This document shows positions 44,520 through 57,378 of a stretch of DNA of 64,000 nucleotides, piece after piece. Position 1 is the first letter of the stretch; the number at the start of each line of letters is the position of its first letter. A program made the translations under genes and the position numbers. The DNA is from Escherichia coli. Its GTDB lineage: Bacteria; Pseudomonadota; Gammaproteobacteria; Enterobacterales; Enterobacteriaceae. Below the pieces are notes generated by a model. That model was not told the DNA's origin. It saw only the letters and a list, made by a program, of their open reading frames with translations, and ran no database searches. Where the stretch lies: NCBI RefSeq assembly GCF_009931435.1, contig NZ_CP043414.1; one strand, written 5' to 3'.

Positions 44520-44551
44520 TCACACGACAATCGCCTTTCAGCGAAACACAA

Positions 44552-45271
44552 TTACTCTTTATCGCCCAGCAGAACGGATTCCAGTGCGATTTTGATCATG
44601 TCGTTGAAGGTGGTCTGACGCTCAGCGGCAGTGGTTTGCTCGTGAGTGCGGATGTGGTCAGACACGGTGCAGATGGTCAGGGCTTTCGCGCCAAACTCTG
44701 CAGCCACGCCGTAGATACCAGCCGCTTCCATTTCCACGCCGAGGATGCCGTATTTTTCCATCACGTCGAACATTTCGCCGTCCGGAGAGTAGAACAGGTC
44801 AGCGGAGAACAGGTTACCAACGCGAGCATCAATGCCCAGTGCTTTAGCTGCATCTACCGCGTTACGCACCATGTCGAAGTCAGCGATAGCTGCAAAGTCA
44901 TGGTCTTTAAAACGGATGCGGTTAACTTTGGAATCGGTGCAGGCACCCATACCAATCACTACGTCACGCAGTTTTACGTGCGGCAGAACTGCGCCACAGG
45001 AACCAACGCGAATGATTTTCTTCACGCCGAAATCGGTGATCAGTTCTTTAGTGTAGATGGAGCAGGACGGGATACCCATACCGTGGCCCATTACAGAAAT
45101 TTTGCGGCCTTTGTAAGTACCGGTGAAGCCCAGCATACCGCGAACGTTGTTCACTTCACGAGCATCTTCAAGGAAAGTTTCAGCAATATACTTCGCACGC
45201 AGCGGGTCGCCTGGCATCAAAACTACGTCAGCGAAATCGCCCATTTCTGCATTAATGTGTGGAGTAGCCAT
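44552..45271 (-). CDS. deoD: purine nucleoside phosphorylase
   Basis: 239 aa [36 protein letters not shown]. Confidence 0.98.
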
Positions 45272-45327
45272 CATTTTATCCTTTTTGTGACATATTAAAG
45301 GCGGAGTCACTGCTCCGCCCAAATCCA

Positions 45328-46572
<1,245 letters not shown>

Positions 46573-46602
46573 TCAAATTTAAATGATCAGATCAGTATAC
46601 CG

Positions 46603-47925
46603 TTATTCGCTGATACGGCGATAGACAGTTGGTGTGCTTTCCGGTGCTTTATCGGCAAGTTTAATTGCCGCTTTCACCGCTTTCGCCGCTTCCTGCCAGC
46701 TGTTTTCGTCTTTCGCGTGGATAACCGCCAGCGGACGCTGGCCGTCGACCTGGTCGCCCAGACGCGCCATATCAGTAAAGCCGACGCTGTAATCGATGGT
46801 GTCAGATGCCTGACGGCGACCGCCGCCCATTGCAACCACTGCCATTCCCAGCGCGCGGGTATCCATTTCACTGACAAAACCTTCGGTATCAGCATAGACT
46901 GCTTTCGTCAGCATCGCTGTCGGCAGATACTTCGCGTAGTTCTCAACGAAGTCGGTCGGGCCTTTTTGTGCTGCCACCATACGACCAAAGACTTCTGCCG
47001 CTTTACCGTTGTCCAGCACCGCCTGCAATTTCGCGCGCGCTTCGGCGTCATCTTTCGCCAGTTTGCCGGAGATCAACATCTCCACGCACAGTGCCATCGT
47101 GACATCAAACAGACGCGGGTTACGGTACTCACCTGTCAGGAACTGCACCGCTTCACGTACTTCAACCGCGTTACCGGCACTGGAGGCCAGCACCTGATTC
47201 ATGTCGGTGAGTAGCGCGGTGGTGCGCACGCCAGCGCCGTTAGCCACGCCAACAATCGCTTCGGCAAGGGCTTCAGAGAGTTCGTAGGTCGGCATAAATG
47301 CACCGCTACCCACTTTCACGTCCATCACCAGTGCATCCAGACCTTCCGCCAGTTTCTTCGCCAGGATCGAGGCAGTGATCAGCGGGATGGAATCCACGGT
47401 TGCGGTAATATCGCGGGTCGCATAGAAACGTTTATCCGCCGGAGCCAGTGAACTGGTCTGGCCAATAATCGCCACGCCAACATCTTTAATAATTTCGCGG
47501 AAACGGTTGTCATCTGGGAAGATGTCGAAGCCAGGGATGGATTCCAGTTTGTCGAGCGTACCGCCAGTATGGCCGAGGCCGCGACCGGAGATCATCGGAA
47601 TATAGCCACCGCAGGCAGCGACCATTGGCCCCAACATCAGCGAAGTCACATCGCCGACGCCGCCGGTCGAGTGTTTATCAACAATCGGGCCATTCAGATG
47701 CAGGCTTTTCCAGTCGAGAACGGTTCCTGAATCTCGCATCGCCATCGTCAGCGAGACACGCTCCGGCATTGTCATATCGTGGAAGAAAATGGTCATCGCG
47801 AGAGCGGCAATCTGCCCTTCGGAGATAGTGTTGTCGCGAATGCCGTTGATAAAGAAGCGAATTTCTTCATCGCTCAGCGCATGACCATCACGTTTTTTAC
47901 GAATAATTTCTTGTGCGAGAAACAA
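46603..47925 (-). CDS. deoA: thymidine phosphorylase
   Basis: 440 aa [52 protein letters not shown]. Confidence 0.97.
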
Positions 47926-47974
47926 GGTAACCTCCCGTGGAATAAGTTTGAAGGCGTTGTTGCCAGATGGCGGA

Positions 47975-48058
47975 TGTTGTTATTGCCTGATGCGATGCTG
48001 ACGCATCTTACAAGGCCTACACGGCACTCGACCCGTAGGCCGGATAAGGCGTTCGCGC
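47975..48058. repeat. REP/BIME element between deoA and deoC
   Basis: gcctgatgcgatgctgacgcatcttacaaggcctac plus inverted gtaggccggataaggcgttcgcgccgcatccggc. Confidence 0.85.
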
Positions 48059-48092
48059 CGCATCCGGCATCCACCCTCTGGCAAAAGGCAGC

Positions 48093-48872
48093 TTAGTAGC
48101 TGCTGGCGCTCTTACCGTCGCCGTGGCCCAGCGCTTTCAGCAAGCTTGCCAGCAGGCTGGAAGCACCAAAGCGGTAGTGACGCGCATCTGCCCAGTCAGC
48201 ACCGAAAAGTTCATCTGCAATCGCGAGATATTTCTGCGCATCTTCCGCAGTACGCACGCCGCCCGCAGGTTTGAAACCAACGGTTTTCTCTACGCCCATA
48301 TCACGGATCACTTCCATCATGATGCGCGCGCTTTCCGGCGTCGCGTTCACTGCTACTTTACCGGTAGAGGTTTTGATGAAATCAGCACCCGCTTTAATGG
48401 AGATTTCAGACGCTTTACGGATCAGCGCTTCGTCTTTCAGTTCGCCGGTTTCAATAATCACTTTCAGCAGTACGTTCGCTGCTGCGCAAGCCTCTTTACA
48501 GGCTTTCACCAGATCAAAACCAACCTGCTCGTTACCCGCCATCAGTGCACGGTACGGGAACACTACGTCAACTTCATCGGCACCGTAGGCGATTGCCGCA
48601 CGGGTTTCTGCCAGCGCGATTTCGATGTCGTCGTTACCGTGTGGGAAGTTAGTTACCGTAGCGATACGGATTTCCGGGGTGCCCTGCTCTTTCAGCGTTT
48701 TGCGAGCAATCGGGATAAAGCGAGGGTAGATACAGATAGCGGCGGTATTGCCGACCGGAGTTTTGGCCTGATGACACAGGGCGATCACTTTCTCGTCGGT
48801 ATCGTCGTCATTCAGGGTGGTCAGGTCCATCAATTTCAGTGCACGCAGGCTGCTTGCTTTCAGATCAGTCAT
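48093..48872 (-). CDS. deoC: deoxyribose-phosphate aldolase
   Basis: 259 aa [52 protein letters not shown]. Confidence 0.98.
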
Positions 48873-48916
48873 TTCATTCTCCTGGCTTGTCGCCAATAAA
48901 ATTCACCTTGCGAGTT

Positions 48917-48932
48917 TGTTAGTATTCTAACA
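48917..48932. promoter_or_regulatory. DeoR operator-like palindrome upstream of deoC
   Basis: TGTTAGTATTCTAACA, near-match to the DeoR 16-bp palindrome, 45 bp upstream of the deoC start. Confidence 0.65.
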
Positions 48933-49129
48933 TCGACTCCGCAACACACTTCGATATACATCACAATTAAGGAAATCTACTTACAAAATTGCATTACTGT
49001 AATGCGATCTGGTTCAAATAATTCACTTTCAAATGAATGCGTCAGTGGTGGCAAACGCATCAGGATCAAAGTGAACATCACGAAACTTCTTACAATGGCG
49101 CATCACCTTCGGCATAAAAGGAACAGAAG

Positions 49130-50680
49130 ATGCCCACTTCTCATGAAAATGCACTGCAACAACGTTGCCAGCAAATTGTCACCAGCCCGGTACTTAGCCC
49201 GGAGCAGAAACGCCATTTTCTGGCGCTGGAAGCAGAAAACAATCTGCCTTACCCGGCGTTGCCTGCCGAAGCCCGCCGCGCGCTGGATGAAGGTGTAATC
49301 TGCGATATGTTTGAAGGTCATGCGCCGTATAAACCGCGCTATGTCTTACCCGATTACGCCCGTTTTTTGGCCAACGGTTCCGAATGGCTGGAGCTGGAAG
49401 GCGCAAAAGATCTTGATGACGCACTCTCTCTGCTGACCATTCTTTACCACCACGTTCCTTCGGTCACATCGATGCCGGTCTACCTGGGGCAACTGGATGC
49501 GTTGTTGCAACCGTATGTTAGAATTCTAACACAAAACGAGATCGATATTCGAATAAAACGTTTCTGGCGTTACCTCGACAGAACCCTGCCAGACGCCTTT
49601 ATGCACGCCAATATTGGCCCGTCTGATTCACCCATTACCCGTGCGATTTTACGCGCAGACGCAGAGCTGAAGCAGGTTTCACCGAACCTGACTTTTATCT
49701 ACGATCCTGAAATCACCCCTGATGACCTGCTGCTGGAAGTGGCGAAAAACATCTGTGAATGTAGCAAACCGCACATCGCCAACGGTCCCGTGCATGATAA
49801 AATTTTCACAAAAGGGAGCTACGGGATTGTGAGCTGTTACAACTCACTGCCGCTGGCGGGTGGTGGCAGTACGCTGGTACGCCTCAACCTGAAAGCCATT
49901 GCCGAGCGCAGCGAATCGCTGGATGACTTCTTTACGCGCACTCTACCGCACTACTGCCAACAGCAGATCGCCATCATCGATGCGCGGTGTGAATTCCTCT
50001 ATCAACAATCACACTTCTTTGAGAATAGCTTCCTGGTGAAAGAAGGGCTGATTAACCCTGAACGTTTTGTGCCAATGTTTGGCATGTACGGACTGGCAGA
50101 AGCGGTTAACTTGTTGTGTGAGAAAGAAGGAATTGCCGCACGTTACGGTAAAGAAGCCGCTGCGAATGAAGTGGGTTATCGCATTAGCGCGCAACTGGCG
50201 GAGTTTGTCGCCAATACCCCCGTGAAATATGGCTGGCAAAATCGCGCCATGCTACACGCACAGTCGGGGATAAGTTCCGATATCGGCACCACGCCGGGCG
50301 CGCGTTTGCCGTATGGCGATGAGCCAGATCCGATCACCCATCTGCAAACTGTCGCCCCGCATCATGCTTATTATTATTCCGGCATCAGCGACATTTTGAC
50401 GCTCGACGAAACCATCAAACGTAATCCGCAGGCGCTGGTACAGCTTTGCCTCGGTGCCTTTAAAGCCGGAATGCGTGAATTTACCGCCAATGTCAGCGGT
50501 AACGATCTGGTTCGCGTTACCGGTTATATGGTGCGTTTGTCGGATTTAGAAAAATATCGTGCCGAAGGTTCACGTACCAATACCACCTGGCTGGGAGAAG
50601 AAGCCGCACGCAACACTCGTATTCTGGAACGCCAGCCGCGCGTGATAAGCCATGAACAGCAGATGCGCTTTAGTCAGTAA
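49130..50680 (+). CDS. yjjI: glycyl-radical-enzyme-like protein YjjI
   Basis: 516 aa; C-terminal glycyl-radical-type motif LVRVTGYMV; followed by its cognate radical-SAM activase. Confidence 0.9.
   Translation: MPTSHENALQQRCQQIVTSPVLSPEQKRHFLALEAENNLPYPALPAEARRALDEGVICDMFEGHAPYKPRYVLPDYARFLANGSEWLELEGAKDLDDALSLLTILYHHVPSVTSMPVYLGQLDALLQPYVRILTQNEIDIRIKRFWRYLDRTLPDAFMHANIGPSDSPITRAILRADAELKQVSPNLTFIYDPEITPDDLLLEVAKNICECSKPHIANGPVHDKIFTKGSYGIVSCYNSLPLAGGGSTLVRLNLKAIAERSESLDDFFTRTLPHYCQQQIAIIDARCEFLYQQSHFFENSFLVKEGLINPERFVPMFGMYGLAEAVNLLCEKEGIAARYGKEAAANEVGYRISAQLAEFVANTPVKYGWQNRAMLHAQSGISSDIGTTPGARLPYGDEPDPITHLQTVAPHHAYYYSGISDILTLDETIKRNPQALVQLCLGAFKAGMREFTANVSGNDLVRVTGYMVRLSDLEKYRAEGSRTNTTWLGEEAARNTRILERQPRVISHEQQMRFSQ
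49505..49520. promoter_or_regulatory. DeoR operator palindrome located inside the yjjI coding region
   Basis: Perfect 16-bp palindrome TGTTAGAATTCTAACA, 588 bp from the deoC-proximal site. Confidence 0.65.
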
Positions 50681-51515
50681 GATTATCCCCTTCTCCTGCG
50701 TTGACGGGCCAGGCAGTCGTCTGGCTCTGTTTTTACAGGGCTGCAATCTGCGCTGCAAAAACTGTCACAATCCGTGGACGATGGGGCGCTGTAATGATTG
50801 CGGTAAGTGCGTGCCACAGTGTCCGCATCAGGCGTTGCAGATTATTAACAGCAAAGTAGTGTGGAACGCAGCCGTCTGCGAGCAGTGTGATACCTGTCTG
50901 AAGATGTGTCCGCAACATGCCACGCCGATGGCGCAATCCATGAGCGTGGATGAGGTGCTTAGACATATCCGCAAAGCGGTGCTGTTTATCGAAGGGATAA
51001 CGGTAAGCGGCGGCGAAGCCACGACCCAGCTGCCGTTTGTGGTGGCGCTTTTTACTGCCATCAAAAACGATCCGCAACTGTGCCATCTCACCTGTCTGGT
51101 GGACAGTAACGGCATGTTGAGAGAAACCGGCTGGGAAAAATTGCTCCCGGTGTGCGACGGCGCGATGCTCGATCTCAAAGCGTGGGGAAGCGAATGTCAT
51201 CAGCAGCTAACCGGACGCGATAATCAGCAGATCAAGCGCAGCATTAGTCTGCTTGCCGAGCGCGGCAAACTGGCAGAACTGCGTTTGCTGGTAATCCCAG
51301 GCCATGTGGATTATTTGCAGCATATCGATGAGCTGGCGGCGTTTATCAAGGGACTTGGCGATGTTCCGGTACGCCTGAACGCGTTTCATGCTCACGGCGT
51401 GTATGGCGAGGCGCAAAGCTGGGCGAGCGCCACGCCGGAAGACGTTAAGCAATTGGCTGATGCGTTACGGGAGCACGGGGTGAGCCGATTAATATTTCCG
51501 GCGCTGTATTTGTGA
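50652..51515 (+). CDS. yjjW: glycyl-radical enzyme activating enzyme (radical SAM) YjjW
   Basis: 287 aa; CNLRCKNC (CxxxCxxC) radical-SAM cluster motif plus ferredoxin-like Cys clusters ([24 protein letters not shown]). Confidence 0.9.
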   Translation: MNSRCALVSKIIPFSCVDGPGSRLALFLQGCNLRCKNCHNPWTMGRCNDCGKCVPQCPHQALQIINSKVVWNAAVCEQCDTCLKMCPQHATPMAQSMSVDEVLRHIRKAVLFIEGITVSGGEATTQLPFVVALFTAIKNDPQLCHLTCLVDSNGMLRETGWEKLLPVCDGAMLDLKAWGSECHQQLTGRDNQQIKRSISLLAERGKLAELRLLVIPGHVDYLQHIDELAAFIKGLGDVPVRLNAFHAHGVYGEAQSWASATPEDVKQLADALREHGVSRLIFPALYL

Positions 51516-51740
51516 CATGGCGGATGCAGCCTACGGTTCGGCACAGACCTGTAGGCATGATAAGACGCGTCAGCGTCGCATCAGGCATTGTGCGCCAACT
51601 GCCGGATGCGGCGTGAACGCCTTATCCGGCCTACGGTTCGGCACAGACTTGTAGGCATGATAAGACGCGTCAGCGTCGCATCAGGCATTGTGCGCCGACT
51701 GCCGGATGCGGTGTGAACGCCTTATCCGGCTTACGAAGGG
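51516..51740. repeat. BIME cluster with two tandem 100-bp REP-containing units
   Basis: Unit cctacggttcggcacagac(c/t)tgtaggcatgataagacgcgtcagcgtcgcatcaggcattgtgcgcc(a/g)actgccggatgcgg(c/t)gtgaacgccttatccgg repeated at 51531-51630 and 51631-51730. Confidence 0.9.
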
Positions 51741-51744
51741 CAGA

Positions 51745-52527
51745 CTACCCACGAACGTTAAACACCGCATACGTGTTATTAAGCAACACTTCGGCAATCT
51801 CATCCGCGGGTTCCGGGCGTAACTCGCACAGCACGGCAAACACACGGGCGGCCTGTTCAGGGCGATTAGGCTGCCCCTGAAAACCATTGAGCGGCATATC
51901 CGGTGCGTCGGTTTCCAACAACAACGATGCCAACGGTAATTTTGCGATGACATCGCGGGTTTTACTGGCGCGTGGATAGGTGATAGTACCGCCTACGCCA
52001 ATTTTGTAGCCCAGCTGCACAAACCGTTCGGCCTGTTGCTGGCTGCCAGAAAAACCATGAACCACACCAGTGCGTGGCAAATTTTGGCGTTTAAGATGCA
52101 TCGCCAGTTTGTCGTGCGTGCGCCGTGAATGAAGGATCACCGGCAGATCGTAGCGTTTCGCCAGTTTCAGTTGTTCATCAAGCAACCTCTGCTGCCTCTC
52201 AAATTGCGGATCGTCACCAAAGAGATCCAGGCCGATCTCCCCCACCGCCACCACCTTCGTCGGACGTCTTTCCAACGCCTGCTGTAATTGATCCAGCGAT
52301 GCATCGTTATGTTTTTCCAACATCCCCGGATGCAACCCTAAAGCGGCATACAGTGGTTGATAATTTTCCGCTAACGCCTGCACACGGGCAAAATTTGCCG
52401 CCTCGGTGGCCGGAACAATGATCTTGCCTACGCCCGCTTGTGCCGCGCGTTGCAGGCTGGCCTCTTCATCGCCACTAAACGGCGGGAAATCAAAATGGCA
52501 GTGGGTGTCGATAAAACGGCAAATCAA
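51745..52527 (-). CDS. yjjV: TatD-family metal-dependent hydrolase YjjV
   Basis: 260 aa MICRFIDTHCHFDFPPFSGDEEASLQRAAQAGVGKIIVPA. Confidence 0.92.
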   Translation of the reverse strand: MICRFIDTHCHFDFPPFSGDEEASLQRAAQAGVGKIIVPATEAANFARVQALAENYQPLYAALGLHPGMLEKHNDASLDQLQQALERRPTKVVAVGEIGLDLFGDDPQFERQQRLLDEQLKLAKRYDLPVILHSRRTHDKLAMHLKRQNLPRTGVVHGFSGSQQQAERFVQLGYKIGVGGTITYPRASKTRDVIAKLPLASLLLETDAPDMPLNGFQGQPNRPEQAARVFAVLCELRPEPADEIAEVLLNNTYAVFNVRG

Positions 52528-53597
52528 GCCAAATCCTCATTGTTAAATGTCGGGTCGTTCGCCTGTGGAGCGTCTATCACCTCGGTAACCAGCGTATCGT
52601 TGGCGACGGGTGCAGGCGGAATAACGATCGACTCCGGCGTCACCACCGGCACCAGATGGCGGCTCAGCGGCGCTTTTTCAGTCAATAACTTACCGACCGT
52701 TGCCAGAAAATAACGCCCGCATAAACGCCCAAGTTTATAGTCTTCACGCAGCGCCGGAATCCGACTGCCGAGCGCGATACTATGTAATGGCTTCGGCGGA
52801 TAAATTTCGAATATCCTCAACTGGCCCGGTGGTTTCTCAATAAATTGCTGAATCTCACGATAGCTGGTTTCATGATGCTGCACCAGATTGACCAGCGGCT
52901 GCAGGCTACTGTCACCCAACCAGCGTTCCATGCGTTTGAACCACTGCGGCGTATAGTACATTTGTGACGGCACAGTGCGGATGACGACCAACGTTTTTGC
53001 GCCCTGCCTTGCCGCCTCTTTAACCGGGATCGCATCACTGATCCCGCCATCCAGGTAATTAATGCCTTCCAGCGACACTCCGCTACGATAAAAGCCAGGT
53101 ATTGCACTGGAGGCGCGAATCACATCCAGCCAGTTCTGTTTGGTTGGCAAAAAGTAATTCGGCGCATAGTCATCCTGACGACAAGCGCACATATAAAACG
53201 ATTTGCCGCTGTCAAATAGCCGCGCTGCGGTGTCCATTTGCAACGGCATCTGGCTTGCGGTGGCCTCCACCAGCCAGTCGAGATCGATAAGATTTCCTCC
53301 ACGGACAAAGCGCAATGGATCGAAAAATTCGCGTTTTGTGGTATAGCGCATGATGACTTTGCGCGCGTAACCGGGCTGATTGCAGATATACGCCGAGAGG
53401 TTCTGCGCCCCGGCAGATGTGCCGAGATAAAGATCGAAAGGATTAAACTGCGCGCGCATAAACTCATCCAGCACGCCAGCTGTGAAAATTCCACGCTGCC
53501 CGCCGCCTTCGCACACCAGAGCTATTCGTCCAGGCTGGAACGGCCTTAGCGACAACGGCGCAATATTACCAAGCGTTACAGGTATTCGCTGCCCCAC
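52524..53597 (-). CDS. yjjU: patatin-like phospholipase YjjU
   Basis: About 357 aa; patatin motifs GGGQRG and GTSAG; start codon uncertain (GTG). Confidence 0.88.
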   Translation of the reverse strand: MGQRIPVTLGNIAPLSLRPFQPGRIALVCEGGGQRGIFTAGVLDEFMRAQFNPFDLYLGTSAGAQNLSAYICNQPGYARKVIMRYTTKREFFDPLRFVRGGNLIDLDWLVEATASQMPLQMDTAARLFDSGKSFYMCACRQDDYAPNYFLPTKQNWLDVIRASSAIPGFYRSGVSLEGINYLDGGISDAIPVKEAARQGAKTLVVIRTVPSQMYYTPQWFKRMERWLGDSSLQPLVNLVQHHETSYREIQQFIEKPPGQLRIFEIYPPKPLHSIALGSRIPALREDYKLGRLCGRYFLATVGKLLTEKAPLSRHLVPVVTPESIVIPPAPVANDTLVTEVIDAPQANDPTFNNEDLA

Positions 53598-53718
53598 CTC
53601 TGCCTTCCTGTTTTTGTTGTGAAAGAATGACAAAGTAACGCAATTTATTATTCGCTAAAACCGCAAAAGCCAGTCCGCTGGACTGGCTTTGGATAAAATT
53701 TTCTTAATGGTCTGAAAT

Positions 53719-53880
53719 CTAGGGTCGTTTTCGGCCCATGAACAAACTCACCAGGAACAGAATAATCCCGACGACAAAGACAATTTTAGCTGCGCCCGCA
53801 GCGGTACCGGCCAGACCACCAAACCCAAGTGCGGCGGCGATTAACGCGATAACCAGAAATATGATGCCCCAACGAAACAT
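53719..53880 (-). CDS. ytjA: small membrane protein YtjA (UPF0391)
   Basis: 53 aa [53 protein letters not shown]. Confidence 0.88.
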
Positions 53881-54008
53881 ATAAGCGTCTCCTTTACCAT
53901 AGTTAATGTCACCGCTTGATATGAGCGTGAAAATCACTCAATGCGATATTTTTAGTGTGGTGCACATCGCGCCTCCCGACAAAGTTCGGGAGGTCGAATT
54001 ACGACGAA

Positions 54009-54614
54009 TTACTTAGTTTTCAGATCATTTTTAACGCTTTTCACACCATCTACCGCTTTGGCGATACTTTCAGCACGGTCACTTTGTGCCTGAGAATCTA
54101 CGGTACCGGAGAGCTGAACCACGCCATCGGTGGTTTCAACTTTCACTTTACGTGAAGGGACGATATCGTCCGCCAGCAGCTTGGCTTTGATTTCACTGGT
54201 GGTGGCGGTGTCACCCGCGTAGCCCTTCACAGAACCTTCTTTAGCGTCGCGAACGTGCAGTTTGTCGCTGACAGAGGTCACGCCTTCAACGCCTTTCGCC
54301 ACTTTCACTGCCTCTTCGGCCTGGGCCTGGCTTTCAACGAAACCGCTCAGGGTCACGACTTTTTGATCGGTTTTGACAGAGATATCGGTGCTCTTGATGT
54401 TGTCATGATCCACCAGGGCCGCCTTCACTTTCGCGGTGATAGCGCTGTCATCCATGAAATTACCGACTTTATTCATAGAGCTATCGACTTTTTGCCCTGC
54501 GCTTTCATTGGTTGTGTGCGCGTTGTTTTCTGCGTAGGCAGAGCCGGTCGCGACGGCAGAGGTCAACATTACAGCCAGCAGAGTTTTCGAAATCTTCAGT
54601 CTTGTCATAGTCAT
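54009..54614 (-). CDS. osmY: osmotically inducible periplasmic protein OsmY
   Basis: 201 aa [28 protein letters not shown], two BON domains. Confidence 0.96.
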   Translation of the reverse strand: MTMTRLKISKTLLAVMLTSAVATGSAYAENNAHTTNESAGQKVDSSMNKVGNFMDDSAITAKVKAALVDHDNIKSTDISVKTDQKVVTLSGFVESQAQAEEAVKVAKGVEGVTSVSDKLHVRDAKEGSVKGYAGDTATTSEIKAKLLADDIVPSRKVKVETTDGVVQLSGTVDSQAQSDRAESIAKAVDGVKSVKNDLKTK

Positions 54615-55006
54615 CGATTTATTCCTGTATGTTTGCTCGTAATTTGAGCCTGGCAACACGAGGTTGCATTGCTGAATAGGGAGAGACTTCACCCTCTACA
54701 GAAGTCAATGGTCGTTATCACAAAAGCGATGGCTGATGAATAACGACCATTACAGCCTCTGAATCAGTTATTAATATCGGTAGAATGACAATCGACGGCT
54801 TTAGATACTGATATCTACGCATTGAACGGTATTTAACGCCGTCAGAAATGTCATTACTTTGTTAAATATAGATCACAATTTTGAAACCGCTCGGGATATC
54901 CCCTAAAACATAAGCAAAAGTGAATGTTTTAAGAACATTCCGTAAGCGGCTAATAAGGAAGGGAAATTGACAGGGCGCAGCGGCTACCGCGCCCTGGAGG
55001 CAAGAA

Positions 55007-56596
55007 TTAATGCTCGCGAGTCTGGTGGAACTGAACGTCCGGATAACGTTCCTGCGCCAGGCGCAGGTTGACCATGCTGGTAGCGATGTAAGCGAGGTTA
55101 TCGCCGCCATCAAGCGCCAGTTGGCTTTCGTTCTTACGCTTGAACTCTTCGAATTTCTTCGCGTCCGCACATTCTACCCAGCGTGCAGTGGCAACGTTGA
55201 CTGACTCATACACTGCTTCAACGTTGTATTCGCTCTTCAGGCGCGCTACCACCACATCAAACTGCAGCACACCAACCGCACCAACGATCAGGTCGTTGTT
55301 GGAAATCGGACGGAACACCTGCACCGCGCCCTCTTCGGAAAGCTGTACCAGCCCTTTGAGCAGCTGTTTTTGCTTCAGCGGATCTTTCAGGCGGATACGA
55401 CGGAACAGTTCCGGCGCAAAGTTCGGGATACCGGTGAACTTCATCATCTCACCCTGGGTAAAGGTGTCGCCGATCTGAATAGTGCCGTGGTTGTGCAGAC
55501 CAAGGATGTCGCCCGGATACGCTTCTTCAACATGCGAACGGTCGCCCGCCATAAAGGTCAGCGCGTCGGAGATCACCACATCTTTCGCGGTGCGCACCTG
55601 ACGCAGCTTCATGCCTTTTTCATATTTACCGGATACCACGCGCATAAACGCCACGCGGTCGCGGTGTTTCGGGTCCATGTTGGCCTGAATTTTAAATACG
55701 AAGCCGGTAAATTTATCTTCGCTCGCCTCTACGGTACGGGTATCAGTCTGACGCGGCATCGGCGCAGGTGCCCACTCTACCAGGCCATCCAGCATATGAT
55801 CGACGCCGAAGTTACCCAGCGCAGTACCAAAGAACACTGGAGTGATTTCGCCCGCAAGGAACAATTCTTTGTCGAACTCGTTAGACGCGCCTTTCACCAG
55901 TTCCAGTTCGTCACGCAGCTGCTGTGCCAGATCTTCACCAACCGCAGCATCGAGATCCGGGTTATTCAGCCCTTTAACAATACGGACTTCCTGAATGGTG
56001 TGACCTTTACCACTCTGATAGAGATAGGTTTCGTCTTTATAAAGGTGGTAAACGCCTTTAAACAGCTTGCCGCAGCCAATCGGCCAGGTGATCGGCGCAC
56101 AGCCGATTTTCAGCTCGTTCTCAACTTCATCGAGCAGCTCCATCGGATCGCGGATATCACGGTCAAGTTTGTTCATAAAGGTGAGGATCGGCGTATCGCG
56201 CAGACGGGTAACTTCCATCAGCTTACGGGTACGATCTTCAACACCTTTTGCGGCGTCGATAACCATCAGGCAGCAGTCCACCGCCGTCAGGGTACGATAG
56301 GTATCTTCCGAGAAGTCTTCGTGCCCGGGGGTGTCGAGCAGGTTAACCAGGCAGTCGTGATACGGAAACTGCATCACAGAGGTGGTAATGGAGATCCCAC
56401 GCTGCTTTTCCATCTCCATCCAGTCCGACTTAGCGTGCTGGTTGGAACCACGGCCTTTTACTGTACCGGCAGTCTGAATGGCCTGTCCGAACAGCAGCAC
56501 CTTCTCGGTGATGGTCGTTTTACCGGCGTCCGGGTGAGAAATAATGGCAAAAGTGCGGCGCTTCGCCACCTCTTGCAAATAAGGAGACAACGTCAT
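55007..56596 (-). CDS. prfC: peptide chain release factor 3
   Basis: 529 aa [37 protein letters not shown]; GTPase. Confidence 0.97.
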
Positions 56597-56686
56597 AATT
56601 CTTTCTTCTTGAGTAAGCGGCATCGCGCCGCGCTTGTTGAAAACGAAAAATTGCGGCTATTTTACCCATCAACGGGGGGGAGGCAA

Positions 56687-57364
56687 TCAGTGTTTACACA
56701 GGAGCTGCTCCAGTTCGTGCAACGAAGAAACGGTCCAGGTAGGCGCGATGCCTTCTGGTTGCTCGCGATTGTGCGCATTCAGCCAGCAGGTCGCAAGCCC
56801 GGCGTTGATGCCACCGAGAATATCGGACTCGGCAGTGTCGCCAACCATCAGCACGCGTGAACGGTCAGGATTGCCCGCCTGTTCCAGCGCATAATCGAAA
56901 ATTTTCTTATTCGGTTTGGCTACGCCAACTTCTTCGGAAATCACCAACAAATCGAAATAATCACGCAGGCCCGTGCGTTCCAGACGCACTTGCTGCAAGG
57001 CGCTAAAGCCGTTGGTGATGATGCCGATTTTGGCGTTGCCGCGAATGGCATTAAGCAGGGAAACCGCGCCCGGCAGCGGCGTGCAAATTTCCGCCATCGC
57101 ATTAATGAAGGCCTCGTTGAGTTTACCTGGCTCGACGTTCAGCCGTTCGGCCCAGCTCTCAAAACGCCCGTGCTGAAGCTGTAATGAAGTGATCGCGCCG
57201 TTTTGATAATCCACCCACAGTGGCTTGTTAACGGCCTGATAGTCCTGAAAATCTTCAGCGGTAAAGGTGACGCTGTAATCAAGAAACATCCGCTGCAGGC
57301 CGGTGAATGAGTCAAAGGTAAACAGCGTTTCATCGGCATCAAAGAAAATCCAGTCCCACTTCAT
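56687..57364 (-). CDS. yjjG: HAD-family pyrimidine 5'-nucleotidase YjjG
   Basis: 225 aa [31 protein letters not shown]. Confidence 0.95.
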   Translation of the reverse strand: MKWDWIFFDADETLFTFDSFTGLQRMFLDYSVTFTAEDFQDYQAVNKPLWVDYQNGAITSLQLQHGRFESWAERLNVEPGKLNEAFINAMAEICTPLPGAVSLLNAIRGNAKIGIITNGFSALQQVRLERTGLRDYFDLLVISEEVGVAKPNKKIFDYALEQAGNPDRSRVLMVGDTAESDILGGINAGLATCWLNAHNREQPEGIAPTWTVSSLHELEQLLCKH

Positions 57365-57378
57365 TATTCCACCTTGTC

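Noticed and set aside
51516-51740. Possible CRISPR-like array
   Set aside because: Only two units, the units are themselves REP palindromes with no unique spacers, and no cas genes are nearby.
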